DNA from: Octopus sinensis
Lineage: Eukaryota
Assembly (NCBI RefSeq): GCF_006345805.1
Contig: NC_042998.1
Span: 133,238,001 to 133,302,000, forward strand
Direction: 5' to 3'
DNA length: 64,000 nucleotides
Translations under genes and position numbers: made by a program
Shown: positions 1 to 12,062 of the stretch, in pieces
Layout: each line of letters begins with the position of its first letter
Position numbering within the stretch: the stretch's first letter is position 1
Notes under the pieces: generated by a model
The model's database searches: none
Seen by the model: the letters and a program-made list of their open reading frames with translations, nothing else
Told to the model about the DNA's origin: nothing

Positions 1-66
1 CTATATTATTTATTTTCTATTATATATATGTACACACACACACACACGCACACACACACACACACG

Positions 67-99
<33 letters not shown>

Positions 100-152
100 C
101 GTTTTTGGATATGGTTTGCAAGATTCTTTATGTGAGTTCGTGCGTTGAAGCA

Positions 153-393
153 TATTCTGTTGTGTCGCGGAGAGTCTTTTTTCTTTTTGTGCCTTACAAT
201 GTAACACACTCACCGGTAAAATTTCCACTTATTCCTTATTTTTATTTTCTTAAAATTTTCATTACGTTTTGCAACTTTTTCAATAGTCTTGAAAAGGTTG
301 CAAGATGCAACGAATAAGTGGAAATTTTACCGGTGAATGTGTTAAATTATAAGGCACAAAAAGAAAATGTCTCTCCCCAGACACAACAGAATA
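153..393. repeat. Fold-back (hairpin) element, MITE-like
   Basis: 153-234 is the near-perfect reverse complement of 312-393. Inner arms 269-282 and 290-303 also pair around a 7-nt loop. Confidence 0.8.
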
Positions 394-398
394 GATAT

Positions 399-455
<57 letters not shown>

Positions 456-473
456 CATACATAAATACATATA

Positions 474-504
<31 letters not shown>

Positions 505-1024
505 TGTGTGTATGTGTGTGTAATGGAGTCGAATGATTCCGCTACGAGTTCATCAATTCGGTGCATCCGCATTATGCAGTATAATTAACTGAAAGAATTA
601 TAAGATAAAAGATATATATAAATACACACACACACACATGCGCACACACACACACACAATCGTGCAAGCACCAATACCTATCCATATATATGTATACTTG
701 CATGTGTATGTGTATATATGTGCGTGTGTCTAGGTACGTGAGTGTTTGTGCGTGTGTGTTTGTGGGGTAGGTGTTTGTGTTTTGTAAGAGAGAGAAACAG
801 AAAGAGAGTGAGGAGGAAAGACAATCAGTGAACAAGTAGGATTAAATAATTAGATAATTCAATAGCTGTGCAGATATCTTGAAAGATATGAGAGAGACAT
901 GTACGTGTAATATTCACGGACATGACAGAAGTAAATATACACACTTTTAATCATTAAAATTTATTTAAATCTAAAATTATATAGTAAAATCATTTATTAA
1001 TTGCTATGATGTGAATATTTCATA

Positions 1025-1400
1025 TTTAGTAGACATACCCTTTTCATTTTTCAATGCAAGGTCTCTATTAGGCATATTACTGATCAAATGACGAATATTC
1101 TCTCGCGGAATTTTTTGCCAAGTTTCATGCCATAATCTTAAAAGATCTGGCTTTGTTCATTTTATGAAGCGTCCTGTCCATTATGTCCCAGAGGTGTTCA
1201 ATATGGTTCATATCTGGTGACTGTCTTGGCCAAGGAAGCTCTTTAATGCTATTATCATCCAACAAATCTTGGGTCATTTTAGCCGTGTGACAAGGAGCTC
1301 CATCTTCCATAATTAAAGAGTTTTCTTTAATCATTTCATCACTGGAGAAGATTGGAAGGAGTCCTTTTTACAATATGGACACATATTTATCTGAGCTTAT
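1025..1400 (-). mobile_element. Tc1-family (DD34E) transposase C-terminal relic
   Basis: Translation MEDGAPCHTAK...WPRQSPDMNHIEHLW has exactly 34 residues between D and E. A frameshifted tail reads HETWQKIPRENIRHLISNMPNR...KGMSTKY. Confidence 0.9.
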
Positions 1401-1629
1401 CTCATTTTTCTGGGTTTTTTTTCATTGTTTGAAAAAAGTTCGTTTCTATGTTTTTCTTTTTATGTTTTCGTTTCTCATTGTGTTTAAAGATTTTTTTGAT
1501 GTCCTGTACCCATATATGCATGTATATATACATATATATGTAGGTATGTACATACATGTATGTGTATATGCATATATTTATATAATTATATGATCGAACG
1601 CCCACGCATCCTTTTCCAAGTAAGTTTTA

Positions 1630-1667
<38 letters not shown>

Positions 1668-1677
1668 ATTATTATAT

Positions 1678-1710
<33 letters not shown>

Positions 1711-2284
1711 TGTGTGTGTGTGTGTGTGTTGTGTGTGTGTATATACATATATGTTATATAGTGAGATGGAGAGAGAGAACGAGAGAGAGAGGAGACCGAG
1801 GGAGAGAGAGGGAGAGGGAGAGAGGGAGAAATTGTGGCATATGGCAGGCGTGTACTTAGAAAGGGTTAATGTGAAAAACATTGGCATATTATCACTACAT
1901 ATATGTGTATGCGTGTGTACATGTGTGTTTGTACATATGTGCATATGTGCGTGTGTTTGTATGTGCGTGTGAGTTTATGATACATAAAAAGATTACAAAA
2001 AGACTAGAGGGACATACACAGAAGAATATAGAGAATGGGTGGGGGTATGCAAACTTCTGTCAGTTTTCATGTGTATGTGTATGCATGCGTATGCATGTGT
2101 GTGCGTGTGAATGAGAAACACAGAGCAAGAGAGAGAGAGGGGGAGGAAGAGAGAGAAAGGGAGGACGAAAGAAAATGATCGTGTGTGTGCATGTGCTAGA
2201 AGAATAGATAGCGATATATAGATAGACATATATAGATAGGTATAGAGAGACTGGGAGAGAGTGAAAGAGAGAGAGAAAGAGATG

Positions 2285-2336
<52 letters not shown>

Positions 2337-2783
2337 TGATTGAGTGTGTGTGTGTGTGAAAATGTCATAAATTGCCATAAAACTCAGTTACATCAATAGA
2401 GTACACAAAATGTAGGAGTGCATGTGCATGTGTCTTTATCTATTTGTATTACGTTTCTTTCATATTTATGTACGTATGTACACCATTGTAATGTATATAT
2501 TTCTGCAAACGTGTCCGTTAGTACTCGTGTGTCGACGTCGAAACGAGTGTCCGTGCATAGGAGATCACTTACTTACAAGTACACTGTGATGCAGTTTATG
2601 CTCAATACACGCGCTTATTATACATACATACACAAACATTTACATAAATATATATAGATATATATAAATATGTATATATATGTATATATGTATATGTATG
2701 TATGTATATGTATATATGTATATGTATGTATATATGTATATATATGTGTGTGTGTGTATATATATGTATATATATATATATAT

Positions 2784-3000
2784 AACGGGAAGCTTTATGA
2801 AAATAAACAAAAGACGAAGGCAGGTGGAAAACAAACGAACAATTGTATTAGTATGGCGCTCAGGAAATATAAATAAAACAAGTCTTTAACGTTTCGAGCC
2901 TACGCTCTTCAACAGAAAGATACACAGAGAGAGAAAAACACAGAAAGAAGGAGAGAAAAAAATGCGTGCAGTAGCTAACGACTCAACATGGCGATCATAT
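2784..3000 (-). mobile_element. Short Penelope-terminus-like repeat carrying a hammerhead-like motif (family H1)
   Basis: Homologous to 3860-3960, 18612-18930 and 63097-63250. The copies share the GAAGAGC...GCTCGAAACGT and CCTGAGCG...TAATAC blocks. Confidence 0.7.
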
Positions 3001-3147
3001 ATATATATGTCTATCTATCTATCTATCTATCTTTCTATCTATCTATCTATCTATCTAGCTATATATATTGTAATATTATATATATATTATAATATAAGTA
3101 ATATATATATAATATTATATATATATATATAGTAATATGTATATATA

Positions 3148-3196
<49 letters not shown>

Positions 3197-3245
3197 TATG
3201 TATATATAATATTGTATATATATATAGTAATATGTAATATATATA

Positions 3246-3286
<41 letters not shown>

Positions 3287-3513
3287 CTATATATATATAT
3301 ATATATATATTATATATCTATATATATATATATTTATCTAAAAGTGCTTAGTAAATAAATTACTTTGCCGCATACTGAACTCATTAGAAATAGTAGCTAA
3401 AAAAAAAACTATTTCTAATACTTAAAGAAAACCTCTCTCATATAGTGTGTTGCTCAATTCAACTCACGAAAGTATGGGGTAAAGACATTAAAAAATCAAA
3501 TGCAAAGGTTATT

Positions 3514-3565
3514 TGAGAACGTACGTTTCAAGATTAGTCAACTCGACATTTCTATCATCAGCTCA
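3514..3565 (-). ncRNA. Candidate minimal type-I hammerhead ribozyme
   Basis: Minus strand reads TGAG CTGATGA [stem II, imperfect] GAAA C GTAC G TT CTCA. Core intact, 4-bp stem I, palindromic tetraloop in stem III. Confidence 0.55.
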
Positions 3566-3859
3566 GAACTCCTTGGTTTGGATTTGAAAACACTGAAAGT
3601 GGGAGCATACCCTTTCGGCTTCTTATCGCTTCTGAAGATCTGCTCGAAACTAACAGTGCCAGCAAACTCAAATATGCAAGCGAAGAATTTTACTAAGCCC
3701 TTTTATATAATGTAATAATTTGAATTCGCCTTAAATGGTCCCTTTGCATACTGAATACTTGGTGAAATTGATTAATAATTAATTAATTTTACCCTCAATT
3801 GTTGAAATTATATATATATATATATATATATATTGTAATATATATATATATATGTACAT

Positions 3860-3960
3860 GGAAAGTATTAACAGACGCTCGGGGAAGGAAGGACAGTTAC
3901 TTTTACGTTTCTAGCAAACCCCTTCTTCAGAAACAGGAGACAGAAAAGTTCAAGAGAAGA
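3860..3960 (-). mobile_element. Family H1 repeat copy (hammerhead-like motif at 3901-3934)
   Basis: Minus strand reads GTTT CTGAAGA A GGGG TTT GCTA GAAAC GT A AAA. Core intact, stem II broken. Confidence 0.6.
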
Positions 3961-4294
3961 CAAAGGGAAAAAATCTCCAACAATGTACATGTTACATTTT
4001 GCAATGACATTTTGCAGTGTCTGTGTGTACGTGTGGGTATGAGTGCGCGCGAGTGTGCGTATGTAATAGCATGTATGTGTGCATGTCTGTAACTGTGTGC
4101 GTGTGTGTGTGTGCGGTGGTAGTAACTGTGCGTTTGTGTATGAGTGTGTGTGTGTGTATGTATGTAGTATTAACTGTTTATATGTATATGTCTAAGTGAA
4201 TTTTGTTTGTTAATGTTGTTGGAAGAATTCAGCTGCTAAGGTAACAGAAGTGGTGGTCTTTTGTGTACTTGTGTGTTTCTTCACATGTGCGTTC

Positions 4295-4332
<38 letters not shown>

Positions 4333-4461
4333 GTGTGTGCGTGTGTAGGAGTGCGTATGTGTGGGTGTGCGTGCGTGTGTAGGAGTGCGTATGTGTGGGC
4401 GCGTGTATGTGCGTGTGTGCGTATGTCTATGCATGTGTGTATGTGATTGTGTGCGCGCGGT

Positions 4462-4495
<34 letters not shown>

Positions 4496-4499
4496 TATG

Positions 4500-4544
<45 letters not shown>

Positions 4545-4549
<5 letters not shown>

Positions 4550-6245
4550 TTCGGTGTATAATATTAAAATGCAAAATAAGGAAATCGTGCATTAATTTGA
4601 TATAACATCATTAAATACATGAGTAAAATTAAAATAACAGAAATAAACCTCGGCGAAGCTTAAGCTTAAAATTAAATTTATAAAACAGCCGAAGGCTTTC
4701 TTAAAAATGAAGTCTCAATATACATTAGCGTTGCGATACAAAATAACTATACCGTGTAAAGTTAAATTCAAACGTGACAGTCAAAAAATATATTTCGAAA
4801 GTCAAAACATTTTACCCACACGGTATTTTGTCGTTTGACATTTTAAATTTTGTGGAGTGTTTGCAGGAATTTAAGAGCTCGCGTCTCTGTTCAAAGCGTT
4901 TTTATCTTGGAACACGATGAAGAACTTCTCTCATGGACAAAGATTACATTTCATAGGTCTTTTATAAGCTCCATGTCTGTATACGGATGCTTTTTCTACA
5001 ATTTCCCAGTTTACATTGAAAGGACGGGTGTCATTCTCTTTCAATTCCCAAACATGCTTTGCAAGACTAGTCACTGTCCGGTTCTCGGGGTATCGGAAAG
5101 AATTTCTGTGGAAATAGAATCTAGTCTTGAATGCATTCTTTGAAGCCCTGTATATTTTTTATATTCTTGCGAGCCATCTATTTGCACTTTAGCTCTATAA
5201 ACAATACCCTTTTCAAGACATTTTTCTTCCAACGGACAGCAAGTCTCATCTTTGAAGTTGCAGTTCCTCAGATTAGATTGTACATTGTAGTTGTCTGTAA
5301 TAATGTTATGCTGTCTAATAAAAGAGGCGAAGTTTTTGCAACAAGAATAGCTAACCTTCAGCGTCTCCTATTAAATATTCTATAGAACTAATGGTTAGAT
5401 TGAAAATGCTTAGAAACTAATTTTAAGAATTTCCTACCTATATTAGTTTTTACGGCCATATTAAATGCGGGGTTAAGTCATAAAACTTTCCTAGTCCTAG
5501 TTCTACGTGGCCTATTGTTGCTAGAATTAACTTGACTAAACTGGATCTTCTCCGAGAATCCATTTTTCCTTAATGCATTTTTGTAATACGGTGCAGCATT
5601 TTGAAATGCTGTTTCATCCGAAGAAATTGATGATATACGCCTTCCTACATTACTATCTAGGTTCTTAAGAATTACGGGTGGATGATTACAGTCTTTACTA
5701 ATATAACATAGCTTTTCATTGGACTTGCGGTAGAGTTTAAATTTATCTAATTGTAAATCTAAGTTGATATCTAAAACATCTACACTTCTAAGGTTACTTT
5801 CTATTGTAATCCGTAAGCCCATTGTTTGGAAGAACGTAATCAGATTCTTCCTAAGTTTACCTCACTCATAGCCGTTTAAATCATGGGTGACTATTAGACC
5901 GTCATCTCTGTATAAGCTTGCATTTATAAAAGGGAATTCTCGATGCAGATTATGCAAAATATAAGATCCTATAAGCAGACATAACTCCGTCCCATCATAT
6001 TCACCCATCGGTACATCGAAAAGAGAATCCTCACTCTTTTTAACCCAGGTAGAATCCTCGCAAAAAAAAGGGATTTCTTTGCATGCAGGATAATATCTAT
6101 TTCCGTGTTATCGATGGTGACATACTGCTTGGCTAAGTCTAATGCTTTTAGAAGCAAAGGCCTAGATATTGACGGGTAAAAGTCGCCAATATCAAACTGC
6201 GTAAATTTGCAGTTATACTTATGCCATAATCGTAAAGGTAATTAA
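4545..6245 (-). mobile_element. Penelope-like retroelement, 5'-truncated and degenerate (RT C-terminal half plus GIY-YIG endonuclease)
   Basis: Minus-strand translations include QFDIGDFYPSIS, an RT YRDD motif, LDINLDL...YRKSNEKLCYISKDCNHPP (thumb) and CPLEEKCLEKGIVYRAKV...YTG...SLAKHVWELK...CNLC (endonuclease). Several stops and frameshifts. Confidence 0.9.
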
Positions 6246-6379
6246 TGGATGCCATGTATACACCCCCCCACACACACATGTATATACGTATATATACATA
6301 TATAACTATATATATGTATTATATATACATATTTCTCACGCCGGACTTCTCTCTGATGACCTCGCTGTATATTCTACGA

Positions 6380-6635
6380 TGTCATCATAGAATATACACG
6401 CAGTAAGTTTAGATGGGCTGGACACGTCACCCGGCTCACCTATAATCGGTGGACCCGCGCAGTTGTCGAGCCACTCGGAAGGCCTCCATGATGGTGGAGT
6501 TACGATTTCAGGAGGGTGATTGGGATCACGTGAATGAGAAAGACGCGATCCAGAGAGGAGTGGACATCGTGCTGTGACCAGCGGTGCCAAATGGACGTCC
6601 GACGGACTGGTCGGTCAAGGTGATCAAGGTGATAT
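6380..6635 (+). mobile_element. RTE-clade LINE 3' end
   Basis: RSKFRWAGHVTRLTYNRWTRAVVE...GRPP is the RTE ORF2 C-terminus. It ends in a short tandem tail, CAAGGTGATCAAGGTGAT. Confidence 0.8.
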
Positions 6636-6671
6636 ATATACATATATAAACATCTTTATATAAATAGAACC

Positions 6672-6710
<39 letters not shown>

Positions 6711-6716
<6 letters not shown>

Positions 6717-6953
6717 TAAATGAAAGAATGGAGTCGAACGACGATTTTAACAAAATTCCTTTACTCTCGACACATGTTTCGAAGGCTGCATATTCCTAAT
6801 TCCGAAGGAATAAAGGGTGCATTATGCCGCCATCTCATCATAATGCACCTTTATTCCTTCGGAATTAGGAATATGCAGCCTTCGAAACATGTGTCGAGAG
6901 TAAAGGAATTTTGTTAAAATCGTCGTTCGACTCCATTCTTTCATTTATTCATA
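6711..6953. repeat. Near-perfect ~115-bp-arm palindrome (12-nt loop)
   Basis: 6711-6826 is the reverse complement of 6839-6953 apart from a 1-nt indel. The loop is CCGCCATCTCAT. Confidence 0.97.
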
Positions 6954-7187
6954 GTTAAAAAAATCACACAAATTTACACACGAGAACACGGAATCCCTGG
7001 CCTTGGCATATATATAGCTTCAACCGTGTTTTCTGACGTGAATTTGCTACCCAGTTATCGGTTAACCGAATTATCCATACTAGGATAATTCATTCACCTT
7101 CTTAAATAAATATATATATATATATATAATATATATATACATATATATATATATACATATTAAAGAGAACAGGTGTACGTACGCCGC

Positions 7188-7219
<32 letters not shown>

Positions 7220-7252
7220 ATAACATATATAATTGTATGCATGTATATGTAC

Positions 7253-7296
<44 letters not shown>

Positions 7297-7556
7297 GCAT
7301 GTACGTATGCATATACTCTGAGTTACATGTATTTAGAATTATAGACGGGAGATTTAGAATGAATGGCTGAAAGTTCTTAGTTTGATTGTCCATATATTTT
7401 ATTGAAAACAACAGGTTCGTCGATCAATAATTTGTTTTACTTGAATGTGATTACGACTTAATCCCTGTTTTAAGAAAATATTACATCAGACGTCTTATTA
7501 TATCATTAATTTCTTCAGGGCGCACACATACGCACACACACACACACACATACATG

Positions 7557-7590
<34 letters not shown>

Positions 7591-9469
7591 TGTATGTATG
7601 TATGTAGTATGTATATATATACATACATTTGTGCGTATATGTTCAAGTGTATATGTATATGTGTGTGTATACATGTATTTTTGTGTTTCACGAACATTCA
7701 TTTGTATGTCTTTGTGTTTATAAATGCGTAATTGTGTATGCATGTGTGTGGATGTGTATGTATGTGTGCGTGCGTGCGTGTGTGTGTGTATGTGTTTGCG
7801 TGTGTGTGTATGTGTGTGATATTGGAAGAGACTAATCTATCAAAACTTTTATGTCTTTTCTAAATTGACAAATAATTTTATTGAAACATCCATCCTTTGG
7901 CGTATCAAATTAAAGATGTCAGAAATACTGGGAGAGAGAAGCTGTTTGCTTTTATGACGTTGACGCGCTGTGATACTTTAGGAAGTCTATCCACAACACA
8001 TCAAATTCGATTCATTATAAATGATTGATGTTATTCGTCTTTTCGAAATGAAATATAAATATCTTGCCAGAAATGCCTGATGACAAATACTACTCAAGGC
8101 AATTATGCTTTGTCCCTACAGTGTTGTTACAAAATTCTCTCATACGACAAACGATCACAAAGTTATCATAAAATCGATTCCAATACATGAATGTCCCAAC
8201 CATTAATGGCGACATTTTCTATTGTAATCAATAAAGTTTTAACTATGCTCGCTACGTCCGCTTTGCGTTTACTGTTTTTATGAGAGAGCATTTATTTGTA
8301 TTAACTTGTGCGTAAATATGTGGCAATTCTAAGTAACGTAATGCTATTTCAGCTCATTTGCGTCTCAAATTCATTTTCCTCCTATTTATTATTTATATAT
8401 CTATCAAGTAATATTCGTTAATATGGTTGACTACTTATAACGAACGAGACAATTTCTGTCGGTAAATTGATTCGAGTCTGAATATAAATCTCTATAAGAA
8501 AACATATCGTGTATGTTTGCTGTTATTACTCCATACGGTTTATACAATTGGTATGCCATTATTGATTGCTACAATTTCATATTTACTTAAATTAACTTGA
8601 CTGTTGCATTTTTAAATTCAATATCATATTCAAAGCATTAAAGAGAGGTGAAAGTTCGGCATTGATACATAATTTGATCACTTTCCTTTGCACTCGTCTT
8701 TAGTGAACTGATTTTCAAGAAAACTATCTTCCAATAATATTTCAATAATCAGTCTTAAACAATAAAAGAAAATATTTTTCTTGGCACAGTGACGATTTCA
8801 TTATTTACAAAATTCAGTTAATATATTTACTTCGGCTACAGAATTTACATTTTATAATTGTACAATGTTTACAATGTAAGTAGATTTATCTCAGATGCTA
8901 ACTTTGCAGAATTCCATCACATTATCGATAATCTCTTAAGTATCTTTGTTTAACAATTTTAGGGATATGGCTAATATATTCAACTCAATATATTTTTCCA
9001 CATTTAAAACTAATTGTCACTTATCACATTTGGCATTATATTAATTCGCTAAAAACATTTTATACATCTTGAATATTCTATTAAAAGTTAATATGAACAT
9101 AAGGTTTCACATATATTGATAATTATTTTTGATTGGAATGAATAAGACTACATATAGATAACATAGATATAAGCTGATTAGTCGATAATATTTCGTGAAC
9201 ATTTTAAACGTACTTTGCAAAGAATTGATGCTACATTATCTTAATTATGCATATAAAGCACTTTCTTGCTATAATATACCACGAGAATAATTAAGAGACG
9301 TAGCTAATCCGTTAGGAGGTTAAGATTTTAATTCACTTAGACAGTTGTGAGCCTGATCATTCTGGAGCACGCACTATCTTATGCATTGAATCTTGTTTAG
9401 TTTTTCTATATTTCTTAAAGTTTGTGCATGCATGTAATCTAGCAACTATTGAATAAGGTATGTATTTAT

Positions 9470-9600
9470 GTATGTATGCATGTATGTATATATGTACGTA
9501 TGTATTATGTATGTATGTATGTATTATGTATGAATGTATGTATGTATTATGTATGTATGTATGTATGTATGTATGTATGTATGTATGTATGTATGTATGT
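9470..9600. repeat. (TATG)n microsatellite
   Basis: Direct reading. Representative of many TATG/TACA arrays in the window. Confidence 0.95.
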
Positions 9601-10364
9601 ATTGTTTTGTGTTAGTTGATGAACGAATGAGAAATTGAAGCCTCGTAATCATTACTTATAAACTCCTATAGGAGGTTTTTCTGTGTCGTAGGGGAAACAT
9701 AACCAGGTGATGTTTAAAATCCTGATTGTAGGTATTGTGCTTAAAAAAATTTTTTTTTACGTATTTCTTTAAAGAAACAATACAATTAGTAAGCACCAGT
9801 GACAAACATAAATGACAGATCCTTTATCAGGATAGCGGATATATCAAGTTAATACCAAAAATAAATACAAAGGGGCGCAAAATAGAAAATATGAAGGAGT
9901 ATTGTTAGAAATATTGAATAACAGCTCAAAACAAATGAAAGGTGTATGAATGGTTTAAGGGGCACTACAAATCCCTGATGATATTCAGTGTGATATGGCA
10001 TTATCTTTATGAGGATAAAATAACAACTCCATTGTTTTGTTTGGCATTTATCTAATTGTAAAACGAGATAAAATACTGGATTTTATCTATTGTTGCCAAA
10101 TTAGGTTCAGAGTTTCGGTTATTGTTTGTGTGTCTCTCATCTGATGTTTCCTTAAAAAAATGACATAGGAACGAAGTTTATCACTTCTATTTGAAACACA
10201 CACACACATACACACACACACACACACACGAGGATACATTCACATACACACATACACACACATATGCATGCCAACAAAGACATGTGCATAAATATATAAA
10301 TCCCTAAGCTCACACACATGCACGCACACACACACACAAATATACAGTGTACACTTTCATACAA

Positions 10365-10395
<31 letters not shown>

Positions 10396-10426
10396 CACAT
10401 AAAATGATACACACACATATGTATGT

Positions 10427-10760
10427 ATTCTTTTACTTGTTTCAGGCATGTGACTGGCCATGCTGGAGCACCACCTTTAGTCGAAGAAATCAACCCCAGG
10501 GCTTATTCTTTGTAAGCCTAGTACTTATTCTATCGGTGTCTTCTGCCGAACCGCTTAGTTATGGGGACGTAAACACACTAGCATCGGTTGTCAAGCGATG
10601 TTGGGGGACAGACACAGACACACACACATACACACACACGCACATATATATATATATACATATATACGACGGGCTTTTTTCAGTTACCGTCTACCAAATC
10701 CACTCACAAGGCTTTGGTCGGCCCGAGCAAGCTACTTACCACACAGCCACTCCTGCGCCT
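10427..10760 (-). mobile_element. Octopus-type tRNA/CORE-like SINE (family B), internally deleted
   Basis: Matches the full-length copy at 56190-56600 (GACCGATAGAATAAGTACTAGGCTTAC...CAGCATGGCC...GAAACAAGTAAAAG tail). Confidence 0.9.
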
Positions 10761-11524
10761 ATAATGTGTATATATTTTCGTCGAAAACAAAATCTTTCTG
10801 GCGCTCATTATTTAGTTCAGGAGGACAGTATTTGCATGTATATATGAATGCATCCATGTATGCAAGTATGTCGGTATATATGTATATATGGATACATGTG
10901 CATGTACTTAGGTGTATGTGTATGCGTGCACACATGTGTATAACTATGTATGCACTTATTTGCATATGTATGCATGTATGTGTTTATGTGTGCATGCATG
11001 TACGTGTATATGTATATATAAATATATAGGTTTGATGCAGGTGCGGTTGAGTTGTTGTTAATCAGAAGATCCCAAATTTGATCCTACTGCATAGTATCTT
11101 GTAATATAGAAGCTCGTCAGATTGATTCTACCTGTAATTCAAAGGGCCAGCCTAATTGCACTCTGTCACGCTGACTCTACTTGTTTGTAAAGGTGGAATA
11201 TTCCTATACGCAATGAATTCATGGAATAAATGAAATGCATTTCGAGAGAGTCACTAAGACATTTACAGACAGTAACTTGTGCACCAATCATAATAAATAT
11301 AAACGTACATTTAAAATCTGGGTTAAGAAGTAATAGATTCCAAGAAATTGCTGACTCCATTGAGTTGAAATTTGCATTTAGAATTCTTGTTAACAAAATG
11401 GGGATTTCTTTCGGCAAAAATCCTTTGCTACCGGAGAATAACATTTCTATTAAAGGAATTGGTTTATCTAACTTTACGATGTAGAGAGCTCATTTTTCCA
11501 GTTCATTACAAACATACATTTACA

Positions 11525-11526
<2 letters not shown>

Positions 11527-11592
<66 letters not shown>
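11527..11592. repeat. (CA)n microsatellite
   Basis: Direct reading. Confidence 0.97.
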
Positions 11593-11596
<4 letters not shown>

Positions 11597-11864
11597 GCAT
11601 GTATTTATGTCTGTATGCATATCTAAATAGTTTTTTTATGAATGCATGTTGTGCTGATGCATAGCAAAGGATGCAAACAAGGGCAAGAAAATCAATCAAT
11701 AATTCTGTTTTCAAACTGTCTTCCACTATTTGTTGTTCTTTTAGTTGCACAGACAATCTCTTGTTACCCTTACTAGCAGAAAAGCAGTGAACCAATCATT
11801 GATTCATGGAATATCCATAATCAACGACATTGTTGCTTGCAAAATATATAAAATAATCCTTTCT

Positions 11865-12062
11865 ATTACAAGCACAAGGTCTGAAATTTGAGGGAGGAGG
11901 CTAGTCGATTGCATACACTTTTCAGTAAGTACATATTTTATCGAACTAAAAAATGGATGAAACGTAAAGTCAACCTCGGCGAATTTTGAAATCAAACCGC
12001 AGAGCCGCATGGAGTGCTGTTAAACATTTTTTATCGGACGTGTTAACGATTCTGCCTACTCA
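11865..12062 (-). mobile_element. tRNA-derived SINE family A, degenerate
   Basis: Reverse complement has a GCAGAATCGTTAAC head and GCCGAGGTTGAC...TTTCATCC body like 30549-30848. Confidence 0.65.

Noticed and set aside
3632-3660. CTGAAGA...GAAAC on the plus strand
   Set aside because: No stem II pairing and no NUH triplet.
11166-11484. Overlapping 92-aa and 84-aa ORFs on opposite strands
   Set aside because: No recognisable domain, only moderate splice sites and no partner exon.
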